Below, in pieces: positions 36,676 to 48,604 of a stretch of DNA of 64,000 nucleotides. This DNA is from Novakomyces olei (lineage: Eukaryota), in the NCBI GenBank assembly GCA_016906335.1, contig JADEYG010000007.1, positions 1,922,001 through 1,986,000 on the forward strand. Direction: 5' to 3'. The notes under the pieces are model-generated. The model saw nothing but the letters and a program-made list of their open reading frames with translations, did not search any database and was not told the DNA's origin. A program made the translations under genes and the position numbers. Every line of letters begins with the position of its first letter. Positions within the stretch are counted from its first letter, which is position 1.

Positions 36676-38229
36676 ATGACAAACTCCAAAGGCGCGATCG
36701 AGGAGGCAACAGAGCGACTGTACACTGACCCATACAATCCCTGTCTGTACATTGAGCGGGCAGGGCTCTTCCACTCACATGGATTCTATGATTTAGAGGC
36801 AGCCGACGCTTATCGGGCTCTTGTGCTGCTCGAAAGCGTGGTCGACCCTTACGCCGAGTACGAAGCGCAGACGGAGCAAAGACCGCTTAATCGTGCAGAG
36901 TATGACACGCTTTTACCCGCAGCTTACCGCTGCATTATCTTGGGCCTTTTGGGCTGCGGCTGTTTGCGTGAGGCTAGTGATTATATACAGCAGGCCTTGA
37001 GCGCAAGGGAGGGACCTGACGAAACATTTGAGTTTTACGCACAGCTGCAAACGCTGCAAGCGGTACGGGAAAAGCCAGAATTAGGAAGGGCGCGAAGAGT
37101 CGTTTACCCCTGGAACACGCACGAACCATGCCGCTCCGACAATGGTACTCTGCACGAATTGAACGAACGATTATCTACAATTGCTCCTAAATGCAGAGTG
37201 AGGGTGACAAAACTGCCCTCGCTTCACGGCAAAGGCACGAGCATGCAACTGGGTCTGTTTGCCGAAACAGATATGGGCAAGAATGAAGTAATCTTACGGG
37301 AGCGGACAATGCTGACTGCTACTGCACGTGTGCACGACTCCCTGTGTGATGCTTGTAACGCAGAATTGCCTTCAATGCAGGAAGCACAGCAGTGTGAAGA
37401 GTGCCTGGACGTTTGCTTTTGCAGCAAAAAGTGCCAAAGTCTCGCTCAGAGCACTTACCATGCAGCCGTTTGCGGCCGGGAGGATTTTTCTACTGTCGGC
37501 AAGGACATTGTGCGTGCTAAAGACGCGGCTGATGCATTGTATCTACTCTTACTGGCTCGCTGTATGGCTATGGCAGAGACACAGGACATTCACCCACTAG
37601 ACTTGCTGGAAACAAAGTATATTTGGGGCGATTTCGTGCGGGAGGAGAGTCATGGGTCAAAGATGCCACAATCAGAAGCAACTGTACCTGCTCACAAGAA
37701 GCCAAACAGTATAGACTTCTTTTCAGGCCGGCAACGTCAATTTTCAGACTCTGAATCTCTGCCTTTTTCTCTTCATTTAAACGTTGTTCAGCCATTTCGT
37801 GTACTGGAAGCAATGGGCCTGGACCCATTCCAAGTACTGCCTCGCTACGACACTTGGATCATAAACACTCTTTACGCAAAATTCAGGGGAACTGCTTCCG
37901 GCCGGCTTTCGACTTGGGACGGATCCCCGGAAGTTTGTGCTGTTCATCCATTCTGGTGCCTTGCAAATCACAGTTGCAACCCAAACGTTCGGTGGGACTG
38001 GAGTGCCGATGTATGCTTTGCCGTGCGTGATACTCGTATAAATGAAAGTACTGGCGAGGCAGAAGCATATACCGCTGGAATCAAGGCAGGCCAAGAGATA
38101 CTGAGCCATTATTGTGATATCCGGCTTCCACTGAAGGAAAGACGCGAGTGGGCAATGGGGGCCCTAGGTGGACCTTGCCAATGCTCTCGGTGTTTAGCGG
38201 AAGAGGGCGCACAGGGAGGGGGTTTGTGA
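36676..38229 (+). CDS. SMYD-type SET/MYND lysine methyltransferase (Set5-like), intronless
   Basis: GLFA, MYND zinc finger (CDAC..CEEC..FCSKKC..YH..VC), ANHSCNPN, GQEILSHY, post-SET CQCSRC. Confidence 0.85.
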   Translation: MTNSKGAIEEATERLYTDPYNPCLYIERAGLFHSHGFYDLEAADAYRALVLLESVVDPYAEYEAQTEQRPLNRAEYDTLLPAAYRCIILGLLGCGCLREASDYIQQALSAREGPDETFEFYAQLQTLQAVREKPELGRARRVVYPWNTHEPCRSDNGTLHELNERLSTIAPKCRVRVTKLPSLHGKGTSMQLGLFAETDMGKNEVILRERTMLTATARVHDSLCDACNAELPSMQEAQQCEECLDVCFCSKKCQSLAQSTYHAAVCGREDFSTVGKDIVRAKDAADALYLLLLARCMAMAETQDIHPLDLLETKYIWGDFVREESHGSKMPQSEATVPAHKKPNSIDFFSGRQRQFSDSESLPFSLHLNVVQPFRVLEAMGLDPFQVLPRYDTWIINTLYAKFRGTASGRLSTWDGSPEVCAVHPFWCLANHSCNPNVRWDWSADVCFAVRDTRINESTGEAEAYTAGIKAGQEILSHYCDIRLPLKERREWAMGALGGPCQCSRCLAEEGAQGGGL

Positions 38230-38343
38230 ATAAAAGGGAAGAAGAGTGCATACGTTCATTCACATTTCGGTGTCATGTAAAAATTCTATTCGGCGTTTAT
38301 ATGTCTGTCTACATTATGCTCCTGTCAAAATTTTCATTTAAAT

Positions 38344-39624
38344 TCAATCTAATCGCGATGCTGAAGCACGCTTGCCATGAGCCACCACCTTGGCATCAAA
38401 AGCAGCACGCACAAATGGCCAAACGATCCATGCAATGATGGTAAGGAAAAAGTCAAACACCACATTGTTCATTGGACTGTTACCTGGTTGTTTTGTTAGC
38501 ACTATTTTTCTTGTCTACTTGTCTATTTTATTTCCTTTTTTTGTCTTTCTTTACATACCACGAGCCAGATTGCGGAGCAAATCGTTTTCAAGGCCATATG
38601 TAATCATAAAATCGCGTCTGTCGAAGCCCTTGAGAACCTTGAGAGCCACTGTCTCTGGCGACAATGGAATATCAGAGGCTTCTAATTCCTTGAGCACTGG
38701 CGGTTTGATACGGTTCTCCTCTATCAATCCGGGCGAAAGAATAGTGGCGGGGAAAGCCACGCTGATACGAATGCCATACGTTAAACACTCTTGGCGCAGA
38801 GTATCGGCTAGCGAGCGAAGAGCAGCTTTAGAGGCTGCATACGGTCCGTAGCCGGCGAGCCCGACAAACGCGGCGACTGAAGAAGTGAACATGATTGCAG
38901 GATCGCCTCCTTTTGGTGGTGACCGGATCATACGTTTGATTGCCGCCTGTACGTTATATATGAGTATGGAGATAACGAATGTTTAATGGCTTGATCATAT
39001 GCTTTGCATAAATAGACGAAGCATAAATAGACGAAATAAATAAATAAATAAAGCTTAGCGCGTACCTGCGCAGGATAACATGCAGAGTAATAATTGATCT
39101 TCATTTGTTGCTCAAAGATTTCTGGGTCAGCATCGACAAAAAGAGCAGGGTGCGACCCGCCTGGTATTAGTAATTAATGTTGTCTCTCACGTTTCCATAT
39201 GATTTGAAATATATTAATGCGCTTTTCCTTTCCTTGCTTCATTGAATTCATTTTATTTTAAAATTTTTATATTCCAATTATCCTTACCCGCCACGAGCAG
39301 CACACAGTCCGGAGTCTGTTCAAGATTGTAAATTGATTCATAGGCAGCCAATGGGTTTGATAAGTCTGCAGACACATAATCAACATGCTGTGTCTCTGTG
39401 ACTCGTAAATTTTGCAAATAGGCACATTGAGATTGGAGCCCCTCGACGCTACGAGCAACGATTGTAACGTTAGCACCACGTTTGACGATCTCGGCCGCAA
39501 TCGCGGATCCGAGGCCACGTGACCCGCCGGTAATTACCACATTCTAGAAATGTAAGAAATATTGGTTGCAATTTCGAATTGGTACTTTGTCCTTCCAATC
39601 ATATAAATTCGTAAACGGCCACAT
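38344..39624 (-). CDS. TSC10: 3-ketodihydrosphingosine reductase (SDR family), 5 exons
   Basis: MWPFTNLYDWKDK|NVVITGGSRGLG, YGPYAASKAALRSLADTLRQE, FPATILSPG..EENRIKP, C-terminal TM segment. Confidence 0.85.
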
Positions 39625-39676
39625 TGGAACTGTCAACCGATAGGCAGAATCTTAATATTCAGCACTATAATATGGC

Positions 39677-39837
39677 ATTAAATGATATGGCAAGTGTTGA
39701 GGAGTTGACTCTATATAACTTTTATTTAACTCTATTATTTGAAACAATCACTGTCTTCACATGAATAATTCTGTCTCTACTAACTAAAATCTACTCTAAT
39801 TTCTACATTCTGTCTCTACCAGATCTATTATTAAATA
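39677..39837 (+). repeat. 161-bp tandem duplication of the LTR left junction (flank + TSD + left part of the LTR)
   Basis: ATTAAATGATATGGCAAG|TGTTGAG... occurs at 39677 and 39838; the two units are near-identical with scattered substitutions and indels. Confidence 0.9.
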
Positions 39838-39855
39838 ATTAAATGATATGGCAAG

Positions 39856-40136
39856 TGTTGAGAAGTTGGCTCTATATAACTTATATTTAACTCTATTATT
39901 TGGAACAATCACTGTCTTCACATGAATAATTCTGTCTCTACTATACTTACTGAAATCTCCTCTAATTTCTACATTCTGTCTTCACCAGATCAATTATTGA
40001 TAATATATATATATCCCTGACAGCGCCTCTGAGCCTTGGGGGGGGGGGGGGGGGGGGGACCTTTAACATTCTTTTCTACAGTCAGATAGTTAATATCAAC
40101 CGTTCGAACTTCAACATAATTTTAAATAATTCAACA
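39856..40136. mobile_element. Solo LTR (281 bp) with GCAAG target-site duplication
   Basis: TGTTGA...TCAACA inverted termini; GCAAG at 39851-39855 and 40137-40141; internal TATA-like run and G21 tract; homologous to 41453-41700. Confidence 0.85.
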
Positions 40137-40526
40137 GCAAGTATGAGACTTATTATATGCATGTGACGTAAAGTATGATTTATATTTGGCCTGGCCTAGT
40201 GTTATATATATGTCATCTATGAGGGTACTGCGGGCAGAAGAAATACTGGGGATTCAGGCGTGCATGGCAAAGCTCATTCGCGATACGGGAAACTGAAAAT
40301 CATTATATCTATTACGTTTTGTAAAAGATTGAGCTTGAAGAGTGCGAGCCGTAGACTGCATCATCGGATTGGTGAATAAGGGCAGATTGACATAACAAAT
40401 CCCATTTTGTATTCAAAAATAAACTAAACCATGATGCCAATACCATACGAGTAAAATGCGAATTGCGCCAAGAATTAAACTTGGAAATGCTGCTCTTGTG
40501 AGTTGTAAATGGCAGTAAGCCCACGA

Positions 40527-41350
40527 CTACCTCTTCGACTTTCGCTCTGGCTCGCTCCGTAAAAGTGTGTAAATGGCACCTGTAGAACCTCCTAAAGCTG
40601 CACCAGCATAAGCACCGAATACAATGGTAAGCGGCCAAGCTTGCCATTCTCGATCCCAGTCGAGAGGAATCGGGATTGCACCCAGCCAAGCGCCCAATAA
40701 GGCACCGTACGCACTCCATACCAAATCGTACTTTGTGCAAGGTGGTCCTTGCAGTGTGGGCACACGGGCCCAAGCTTGAGCGTCTGTTTTCAACGCGTAA
40801 GCTAAAGGCATTGTTACAAGCAATGCAATATGCAACGCGGCACCGACTGTATGGCGCACGTGGGTCATTAGGGGCGCTCCAAAGAGCACAAGCAAGACAT
40901 AAATTACTGCTGTGCCCAGTGGCCACGTGATGAATGCGAAAATGGCGACCTAATGTCAGTACTGATTAGGGCGCAGGCAATGATAGAATTAGAAAACAAG
41001 CAGAGACAATAAAAATCGAGACAATAGGAATAAATTATATAAATGAAATCCTCAAAAAACAAGCGCGGCACAAGACGCCGAGAAGGATGCTTTTAAGATC
41101 AAGAAGTTAACTGCGATATAGCACATACGGCAGGAGAAAATGCGATTCGGCGCGTTTTGCTGTGCAATACTAGAGCTTCACGGCCTTGAAGCCACAAGAA
41201 TTGTGCGATTACTGCGCGGAAAAGAAGACTGAAATCCGCGACGGCTGAAGGGTCATTGACAAGTGTGGTATAGGCATTAATCGGCCACTGCAGTTGTAAT
41301 AACGCAGCGGCAACTGCTGCTCCTGCGCTGGCAAACTCTTGGTTATACAT
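40527..41350 (-). CDS. GPI11: GPI ethanolamine-phosphate transferase subunit PIG-F, 2 exons
   Basis: LVLFGAPL and GAWLGAIPIPLDWDREWQAWP signature; GTATGT...CTGAC..TAG intron. Confidence 0.88.
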
Positions 41351-41452
41351 AGAGCCAGCCGATTTACCTGCACCGCTCACACAGATGTAAAATATAAAAT
41401 GAAGGAAGCAAGATCATTGCAATATATATTATTACATTTTAAAAATTATTTA

Positions 41453-41700
41453 TGTTGAGAAATTGACTCTATATAACTTTTTTAATATTATTTCTTTGAA
41501 ATAACTCTGTCTTTTACATGGGGATATTTCTGTCTCTACATTTACTCATTGAAATCTCCCCTAAATCCTACATTATTGAATAATAATATATATATATCCC
41601 TAATCGCGCCTCTGAGCTTTGGGGGCCTTTATCATTCTTTTCTACATTCAGATAGTTAATATCAACCGTTCGACTTCAAAATAATTTTAATAGTTCAACA
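41453..41700. mobile_element. Solo LTR (248 bp) with ATTTA target-site duplication
   Basis: TGTTGA...TCAACA termini; ATTTA at 41448-41452 and 41701-41705; shares long blocks with 39856-40136 (e.g. TCAGATAGTTAATATCAACCGTTCGA). Confidence 0.85.
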
Positions 41701-41796
41701 ATTTATTTATTTATCTATTTATTTATTTATTTATCTATGGTTTAATCAATATTTTTCTTGAGATTAAACTTAAAGGCCGTCCGGTTTTCTTAAAAA

Positions 41797-42321
41797 ATGG
41801 ACGAGGACGATTTTCGGTACGCCGCTCGCACGGGTGACCTTGAAGACGTGCAGTTGTTTATTAGTGATGCAAAAGCGGAACTTTTGCCAGATCGAATTGC
41901 TGCCACTGACGAGAATGGCAATACTGCGCTTCATATGGCCGCCGCTAACGGCCACGCAGGTAAAATCTTTAGATAAAGCAAATTTGATGTGAATGACGAG
42001 CTTACTCTAGACATTGTGGACGCGATTTTGGACTCTTTAAGAAATGAACAAAAGGCCGCTGCCTTGGCTGCACAAAACAGTTCCGGTAATACAGCAGCTC
42101 ACTGGGCCGCCCTCAATGGTGCATTGCCGGTAGTGCAATTGTTAGTACGTGCTGGGGCAGATACAGCGCTGCGGAATAAAGCAGGCCGAAGCGTAACAGG
42201 GGAGGCAGATGCTCACGGTAAACAGGACGTTTGTTCGTGGCTTTTGGATTATTTTACGAGCACGAGTGCTGGTGAGGACGCTCAAGAGGAAGAGGCCTCT
42301 GACAGTTTTGCCGAGCCTTAG
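41797..42321 (+). CDS. YAR1: Ankyrin-repeat protein, Rps3 chaperone Yar1-like, 2 exons
   Basis: MDEDDFRYAARTGDLE..GNTALHMAAANGHA|DIV..GNTAAHWAALNG, acidic tail. Confidence 0.8.
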
Positions 42322-42962
42322 ATCGTGGCCTGTCCTTCTTGATACCCCGCATTACCCCACTGTACTCTGCATTAGCATCTCTTGAGCAATCGGCCCTGCA
42401 GGGCTTGTAATTGTGATAGTAATGTATATTCCTACGCTACTCTATGATCTAAATAAATATTCGCATCATCCTGATGATCGCCCGTAAGCAACCGGTTTTA
42501 TGCTTTGACTTGTGCTATGCTTATCATATTTCGCAGTCGAGTTTGCTCTTGATGATGATGCCTTACAGTGTTATAAATACCAGTTGTAAACAGTGTTGAA
42601 AATGAAATAAAATTAATTAGCTAAATACAGAGGCAAAACTGAACGACACACTGCTAAACAAAAAAAGCAAGTATTGATCAGAGCGGGAATGTATTACGTG
42701 CACGGTTACGAGCCAAGAGAATGCCGGTATTGTGTAGATACTGCGTCAGCACCATACAAATAAATAAAGGGGTACGGCGTGATGCAGGCCAAGAAGGCCT
42801 TGGTTGGAAACTCCACCGCAAAATCCCGCTCTACATTCTTGACAAAACAAGCAGGCATTCTGAAAATTTTGCCTGTAATTCTGCACACAAAGCTGCAATA
42901 TAGAGACCTGTTCGTATTCTTGTAAAGGTCGTCCAAAATAACCAAAAGATCAAGACAGTCTC

Positions 42963-43585
42963 CTACTCGATACCCAACGTTTTGCGCACATTCTGGCGGA
43001 CAATACGATTGTATTCCTGTCGATTATCGCGCCATACTTTACACGCGTCAATATTGGCCCCACTCTCATCGTTTGGCTCTGCCAGCATACTCATTACAGA
43101 GATAAGGATCTTCTCCACGCTCTGAATCGGTGACCAGCGTTCAGACGCCAACTCGTACATGTTTGGGTCATCGCCGGGTGCATGAAGAATGGAGATGCAT
43201 ACAGTGCCGTCGGGGTATACGTTGGGGTGAAACATTTCGCATTCGAATTTCATAGTGGGCGGATTGAGGGGGTAGTCCTCGATAATTAGACGATAAAACA
43301 AGAATAAAATCACGTAAATAATGGAAACAAGACGATGAATGTACCTTTGGAAACGACAAAATTGCAGGAAACACGCCATTTTCAAAGGGGCTGCCTTCAG
43401 GCCCGCTGATTAGTGCTTCCCAAGTGAAAAAGTCGTCCTCGTCTATGGGACCCGCAGTAATGCCCTCGGGAGGGCTGCTTGAAAGCTTCAAAGGTCAGTG
43501 TACGCAAACATCAACGGCTACAAACCTCTTTGTATTCCTTAAGCAGCCTTCTCGAGGCTAAAGGGCTGCCGTTCTTCGCCGGCAT
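42963..43585 (-). CDS. UBC7: Ubiquitin-conjugating enzyme E2 Ubc7/UBE2G2, 3 exons
   Basis: [62 protein letters not shown]. Confidence 0.95.
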
Positions 43586-43888
43586 ATTTACGGTTGCGAG
43601 CCTGGGAGCCGGTCAAACCACACCGAGCTGCTGTCTGTGTATAATAATATCGCAATATCAATTGTACTATATACGAATATCTCTTATTTATAATATACGG
43701 CACAGCTATTAGACTGGCATCTATCTACTATTTGTAGCCATAATTTAAACGGCGTTTCAAGACAAGTGTACCGTCTTGCGACTGATTCTGTGCCGCTAAC
43801 GCCATTGTAAACGAAATGGACGTTAGAAATTGTACTATTCTGTGGCAATGGAATCCAGCAGCGTTTTGTCCACGATACGTCCTTTCAC

Positions 43889-43917
43889 AATTAATTAATT
43901 AATTAATTAATTGATTG

Positions 43918-44005
<88 letters not shown>

Positions 44006-44040
44006 TTCATTTGTTTATTTGTTTATTTATAATTATTTAT
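43889..44040. repeat. (AATT)n/(ATTT)n microsatellite
   Basis: Visible tetranucleotide arrays between UBC7 and MOB2. Confidence 0.92.
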
Positions 44041-44355
44041 TATGTATGGCCTTACATTCAAAATAAATGTAATTTGAACGATAAATCATTGGACACAACA
44101 ATCTAAATAAGGGCACAACCAGTTACAAACAAATCAGTCTGCCTGCCTTTAGGCTCGCGGCAAAAGGCTCAAATTTATTTGCCATTTTCGACTTGGCGTT
44201 CTTATGTCTGGATAGCCCAGCATCGACGCGTTAAACTCACACGATTCTTTTCAAGATTCAACCCGAAGCTTTGACCCGGTTTAGACAGTGCCTTTTCTAT
44301 TACTGGTCCTGTTTATATATATACCTTTGCTTTAGTCTTGTCTGCTCAGAAGGCT

Positions 44356-45393
44356 ATGTCTTTCTTCCGTTCTATCGGTCGGGTCTCCCGGAAGAAAAAT
44401 ACGCAGCAGCAACAGCAGCAGCAGCAACGGCCTTCGTCTCCTAAAAAGCAGCCACAGCCTCTTTCTTTAACACAATTATCGCTCAATGGCAATGATAGTT
44501 CCTCGGAAAACACACAATCCTCACTAAGACTGGGCGGAGGGCGAAACGCACAAGCACAGCAACGGGCGGGCGGATCAACGCGTCCAGGGCCAGTGCCTAT
44601 TTACTTGTGTGCGCCTTACTGCCGTGCTCAACTAGTAAAAGGATCATTTGCTACGATTGTCCAGTTGCCAAAGTATATATCAATCAACGAATGGCTGGCT
44701 CTTAATGGTAGGTCTTTGCATGTGTTTATTCCTCTGAGTTTTGCCTTTATCTTACTCTGTTTTGTCTTTGGCTCGCTTCCAGCTTTACCCATACATTTTC
44801 TCTTTTGCCATTCTAGTTTCCGCTTAGCCTTTCCACATTTAAATTTTATTGATCAATGAAACTTACAATTATAGTCATGGAGTTTTTTGCATACTTGAAC
44901 GAGCTTTATGGCGTTGTAAGTGAGACTTGTACACCATCAACATGCCCAACAATGTCAGCTGGATACAGGTGAGTCAGAATTCAGGGGTGTGTCTCTTTAT
45001 TAATGCAAAAATAGGATGGATTATGCTTGGCTGGACAGTCAACGTAAACAGGTCCGGCTACCGGCTCAGCAATACGTGGAGTACGTGCTAGCTTGGATCA
45101 ACAATCGGCTAGCGGACCGGACCATCTTCCCTACAAAAGCAGGAAAGGACTTCCCACCAGCTTTCCAGAGCGTTGTCCGGTCAATTTATAAGCAGTTATT
45201 TCGGATTTTTGCACATTTGTATCACGCACATTTTATTGAGCTTGTACAGCTCGGCTTGGAAGCGCATTTCAATTCTTTCTTTGCGCATCATATAAGTTTT
45301 GGAAAGGAATTTGAGCTTTTGGATCGGGGAGACATGGAACCTTTAATGGATCTTATCACAATGATGGAGCAGAACGGAAATATCATGCAGTGA
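44356..45393 (+). CDS. MOB2: Mob2 kinase activator, 3 exons
   Basis: MSFF.., LVKGSFATIVQLPKYISINEWLALN, CPTMSAG, IFPTK, QLFRIFAHLYHAHF. Confidence 0.9.
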
Positions 45394-45883
45394 ACGGTTA
45401 GGGGCAAATAAAGAACAAATAATAAATGTAAGTTGTCCAGGAGGATGAAATAGTGGGAAACAGGGGTTGTGTCATTCATTTATAACAAGCTTTAAACGTG
45501 CGGCATATACGAGGAGACCAAGTACTGGGAATATAGCAAAGGTATTTGACCCAATTGGATGGCTTTCCGAGCAAAAATTCGGAAAGCACTCGCAAAGTGC
45601 CCCCTATTCATTTGGCACTTTGTTCCTTTTAATGGGCAAGTTGCCCATATGAGGCAAGTACATATTTAAATTTTTACGAAAATTGTGATGCTTTTGCATA
45701 GCCAATTATCAACAATTGAATAGACCTCTTAAGAGAATTCAAGTTTTTAATATTCAAATTTAGAGCATTAGTGATTAATGACGAACTCTAAGCGTGCTTT
45801 TCTATTTCCAAGTTGTAGTTTAAAGCCAACTTTGGAATGTACCGTACTTTCTCTTGATTTGACTTCTATTCCACATGTAATCC

Positions 45884-47241
45884 TTAAAATGCAAACACCT
45901 GATCATCCACTTTACTCAAAGGCTTTGCCTTGTCAAAGCCCAGAGTATGTGTATGCTTCTTCAAGGCGCTGATCATAGGAGGCGGCCCACAAAGTAACAC
46001 CTTTACAGTCTGAGAGGGCGCGGGGCAATGCTTTTGAATGATCTCTGGAGTAACAAATCCAACGCTGCCTTCCCAATTTTCAGGCGGATTATTAAGTACA
46101 TAGTGCACCTTTAGACGCGGATCTTGCTTCGCCAGCTCGTCAATTTCTTCCTTCAATAAGATATCGTCCTCGTTTACATTTGCGTAAACGAGATGGCAAA
46201 GCGTCGTATCGCTCGGGTTTGAAAGTACAGCTCTAATGATCTGGAGCATGGGAGTTATACCAGTGCCACCAGCGATCATTCCAAATTCATGCACCAGTCC
46301 CGGCTTATACAACATTTGGCCTTTGGGTCCTTTGACACGAATCGTCTCTCCCACTTTGAGGTTCGCAATATGGCGAGAAATGTTGCCGGTGGGATAAGCT
46401 TTAACCAGCAAGTCAAAATAGCCTTTATCACGGTCGGATGAGATGGGAGTGTAACTGCGGGCAATGTCTTTTCCGTCCACTGTAGCCTGCACTGTGATAT
46501 GCTGACCGATCGGAAGCCCCAAGATATGATTTGCCGATGGCAGTCGGAAGCGGTAGCTGCGAGTCTTGTTAGCCCAGAAATTCAAAGCGAAAATTAAGCA
46601 GCCAGAGAAAGAAGGTAGAGATAGAGTTGAAGACTATAACTAGAAAAAAATTAAATGTTAAAAAGATATCGAGTTTAAGTGTCAAAGCAATGTAGAGTTC
46701 ACAAAGTTCAGTAGAATTTTGTGGAAGCGAAAACCGCGATTAGACAAAGATATATTTTATCAAGGTATCGAGTATAGTAGGAACAACACGGCAAGAAAGG
46801 GGTATAGTATATCCAATTGCACATTAAGCAGGAAGCTTTGGTGCAGTAGAACCAAATCGTGCTCCAAAATTAAAGGAGACAAGGAAAACAATTTGTAGAA
46901 TAAAAAATTAAAAAAAAAAATAGAGATGATAAAAAGCAATAGGGTATGTACGTACATTGCCGTATTGTGAGTAACGGGAATAATATCCGACAGCTCAAAA
47001 GATTTAAAGGTGTCGCTGTCAAGCGCACGCACGGTGCCTTCAATATTAGCATTGCAGAGAGGTAACGGGTTTGATTCTTACGTCCGCGGAAAATGCGAAT
47101 TCCAGCGAGAAGTGCTGTGAGCGGCAGCGAGTAAAGCAGCCAATCAGGACGTGTAAGCGCTGTGCCCAAAATAATAAGCGCTGAAGGGATTATTAGTCCA
47201 TGGAGCGGGGTGCTGAGGAGAGCCTGGCCTTTTTTAGCCAT
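45884..47241 (-). CDS. CBR1: NADH-cytochrome b5 reductase, 3 exons
   Basis: N-terminal TM helices, [39 protein letters not shown]-terminal QVFAF. Confidence 0.92.
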
Positions 47242-47824
47242 TATCGACGTGGAGCCGTACGGGTTTTCGCTGCAAGTGAACTGCGCTTGGAACGAATTAA
47301 TACTTTTGATTTTTATCAGTTTAAATATAAAACCGAGTAGATTGGATTTATATATGAATAAATAAATATATTCTTCATTTTATTTACAAGGCAAACTATT
47401 TATCGCATCCAAAATACGATAATTTATGGGAGTCTGTCGGAATCTAGTGGTCGGAATTGTATTAATTCCAAACCTATGAGAAATTATTATGATTAAACAA
47501 TAGACAATAAAATAATAATGGAAAATAGAATAATAGGAAGAATAAAATACGAGATAGATTGGCCTTATTAATTGATTATATTATGCTTTTACAGAATAGA
47601 GGGTTGCAAGATCAAGTGCTGAAAGCGCATGCTCAAGTGCGAGACGGCTGTCTACAATAAAAGATTCTGGTTCAGGCACAATTCTTAGTTTGCGGAACTA
47701 TTTACACTGTCACGCACATTGTCTGGAGAATATTATTCTTTAGCGCAATCTACTTCAAAACACGCTGATTGAATGATATACACACCAGCCGCCCAGTGCA
47801 AACGTTCATTATGCTATTTTGAAT

Positions 47825-48515
47825 CTAATACAGCCGGTGGGGTTTGCCCATTGTAGTCTTAATGACGAGCGAGTTTACGTTCTGCCAGCCCTTCTTCAAA
47901 AGTGACACAAGGAAGTTTACAGCCAACATGATGTTGGCTACAAGTTCATCCTGGGTCATCTCAACATGTCCGATGGCGACACCAAGGCACAGAACCTTCT
48001 TGAGCTGGAACTTGATGGTTGCCTTGACCTCGTCAACCTTTTGCTGCAAATCATCAGCGTGTGAAACAGGGGTGGGGAATTTGCCGGCCTTTGAAAGGCC
48101 AGGTCCGAGCAAACGCGGAATCTGGCGGATGAGTACTTCAGACGCGAGGAAGGCGTCGTATTTCTTTGCCAGCTTCTTCACCAGCTTCTTGTTCTTGTTG
48201 AGCTTCTTCAAGTCATCGACAGACATGCCGTCAACACCGAGATGCTTGGCGCGGTCGAGGTCGTGCTGGTCACCAAGCACACAGATAGACATCTGTGGGC
48301 GAGGGATTGTGGGCATCTTGATAGTGCCGGAGAAACGCTTGTCACGTTGTGGGTCATAAGCCTTTAGACCAATTTGCAATTCTACCGTTTCCCGAAAGTT
48401 GCGCTTTTTCTGATCATTGAACTCCAAAATATCGGAGACGTGCCCGCGCACATCAGATGAAGTGATTTTGCTATAAAGTTAGTGTCAAGTCTTGGAGCAC
48501 TTGGACTCACCTCAT
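47825..48515 (-). CDS. RPL1: 60S ribosomal protein L1/L10A (uL1), 2 exons
   Basis: [50 protein letters not shown]. Confidence 0.97.
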
Positions 48516-48579
48516 TGTGGCACTCGGTGTTTAGTGAAACGCTCAGTCTAATGTTTGGCCTCTAACCAAGACTCATGAG

Positions 48580-48604
48580 CGTGACTATACATTTACCCTA
48601 CCCT
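48580..48604 (-). promoter_or_regulatory. Homol-E plus Homol-D-like module of RPL1
   Basis: Gene strand has an exact AGGGTAGGGT followed by TAGTCACG, 65 nt upstream of the ATG. Confidence 0.75.

Noticed and set aside
40312..40930. Overlapping alternative-frame and antisense ORFs here and across the large genes
   Set aside because: Shadows of real genes, with no independent motifs.
39856..41700. GPI11 captured inside a single LTR element
   Set aside because: Each LTR has its own distinct TSD, the copies are diverged, and GPI11 retains its intron.
42426..42434. ATATTCCTA matching the snR30/U17 m1 motif
   Set aside because: No downstream AAACCAT (m2) and no ACA-terminated hairpin.
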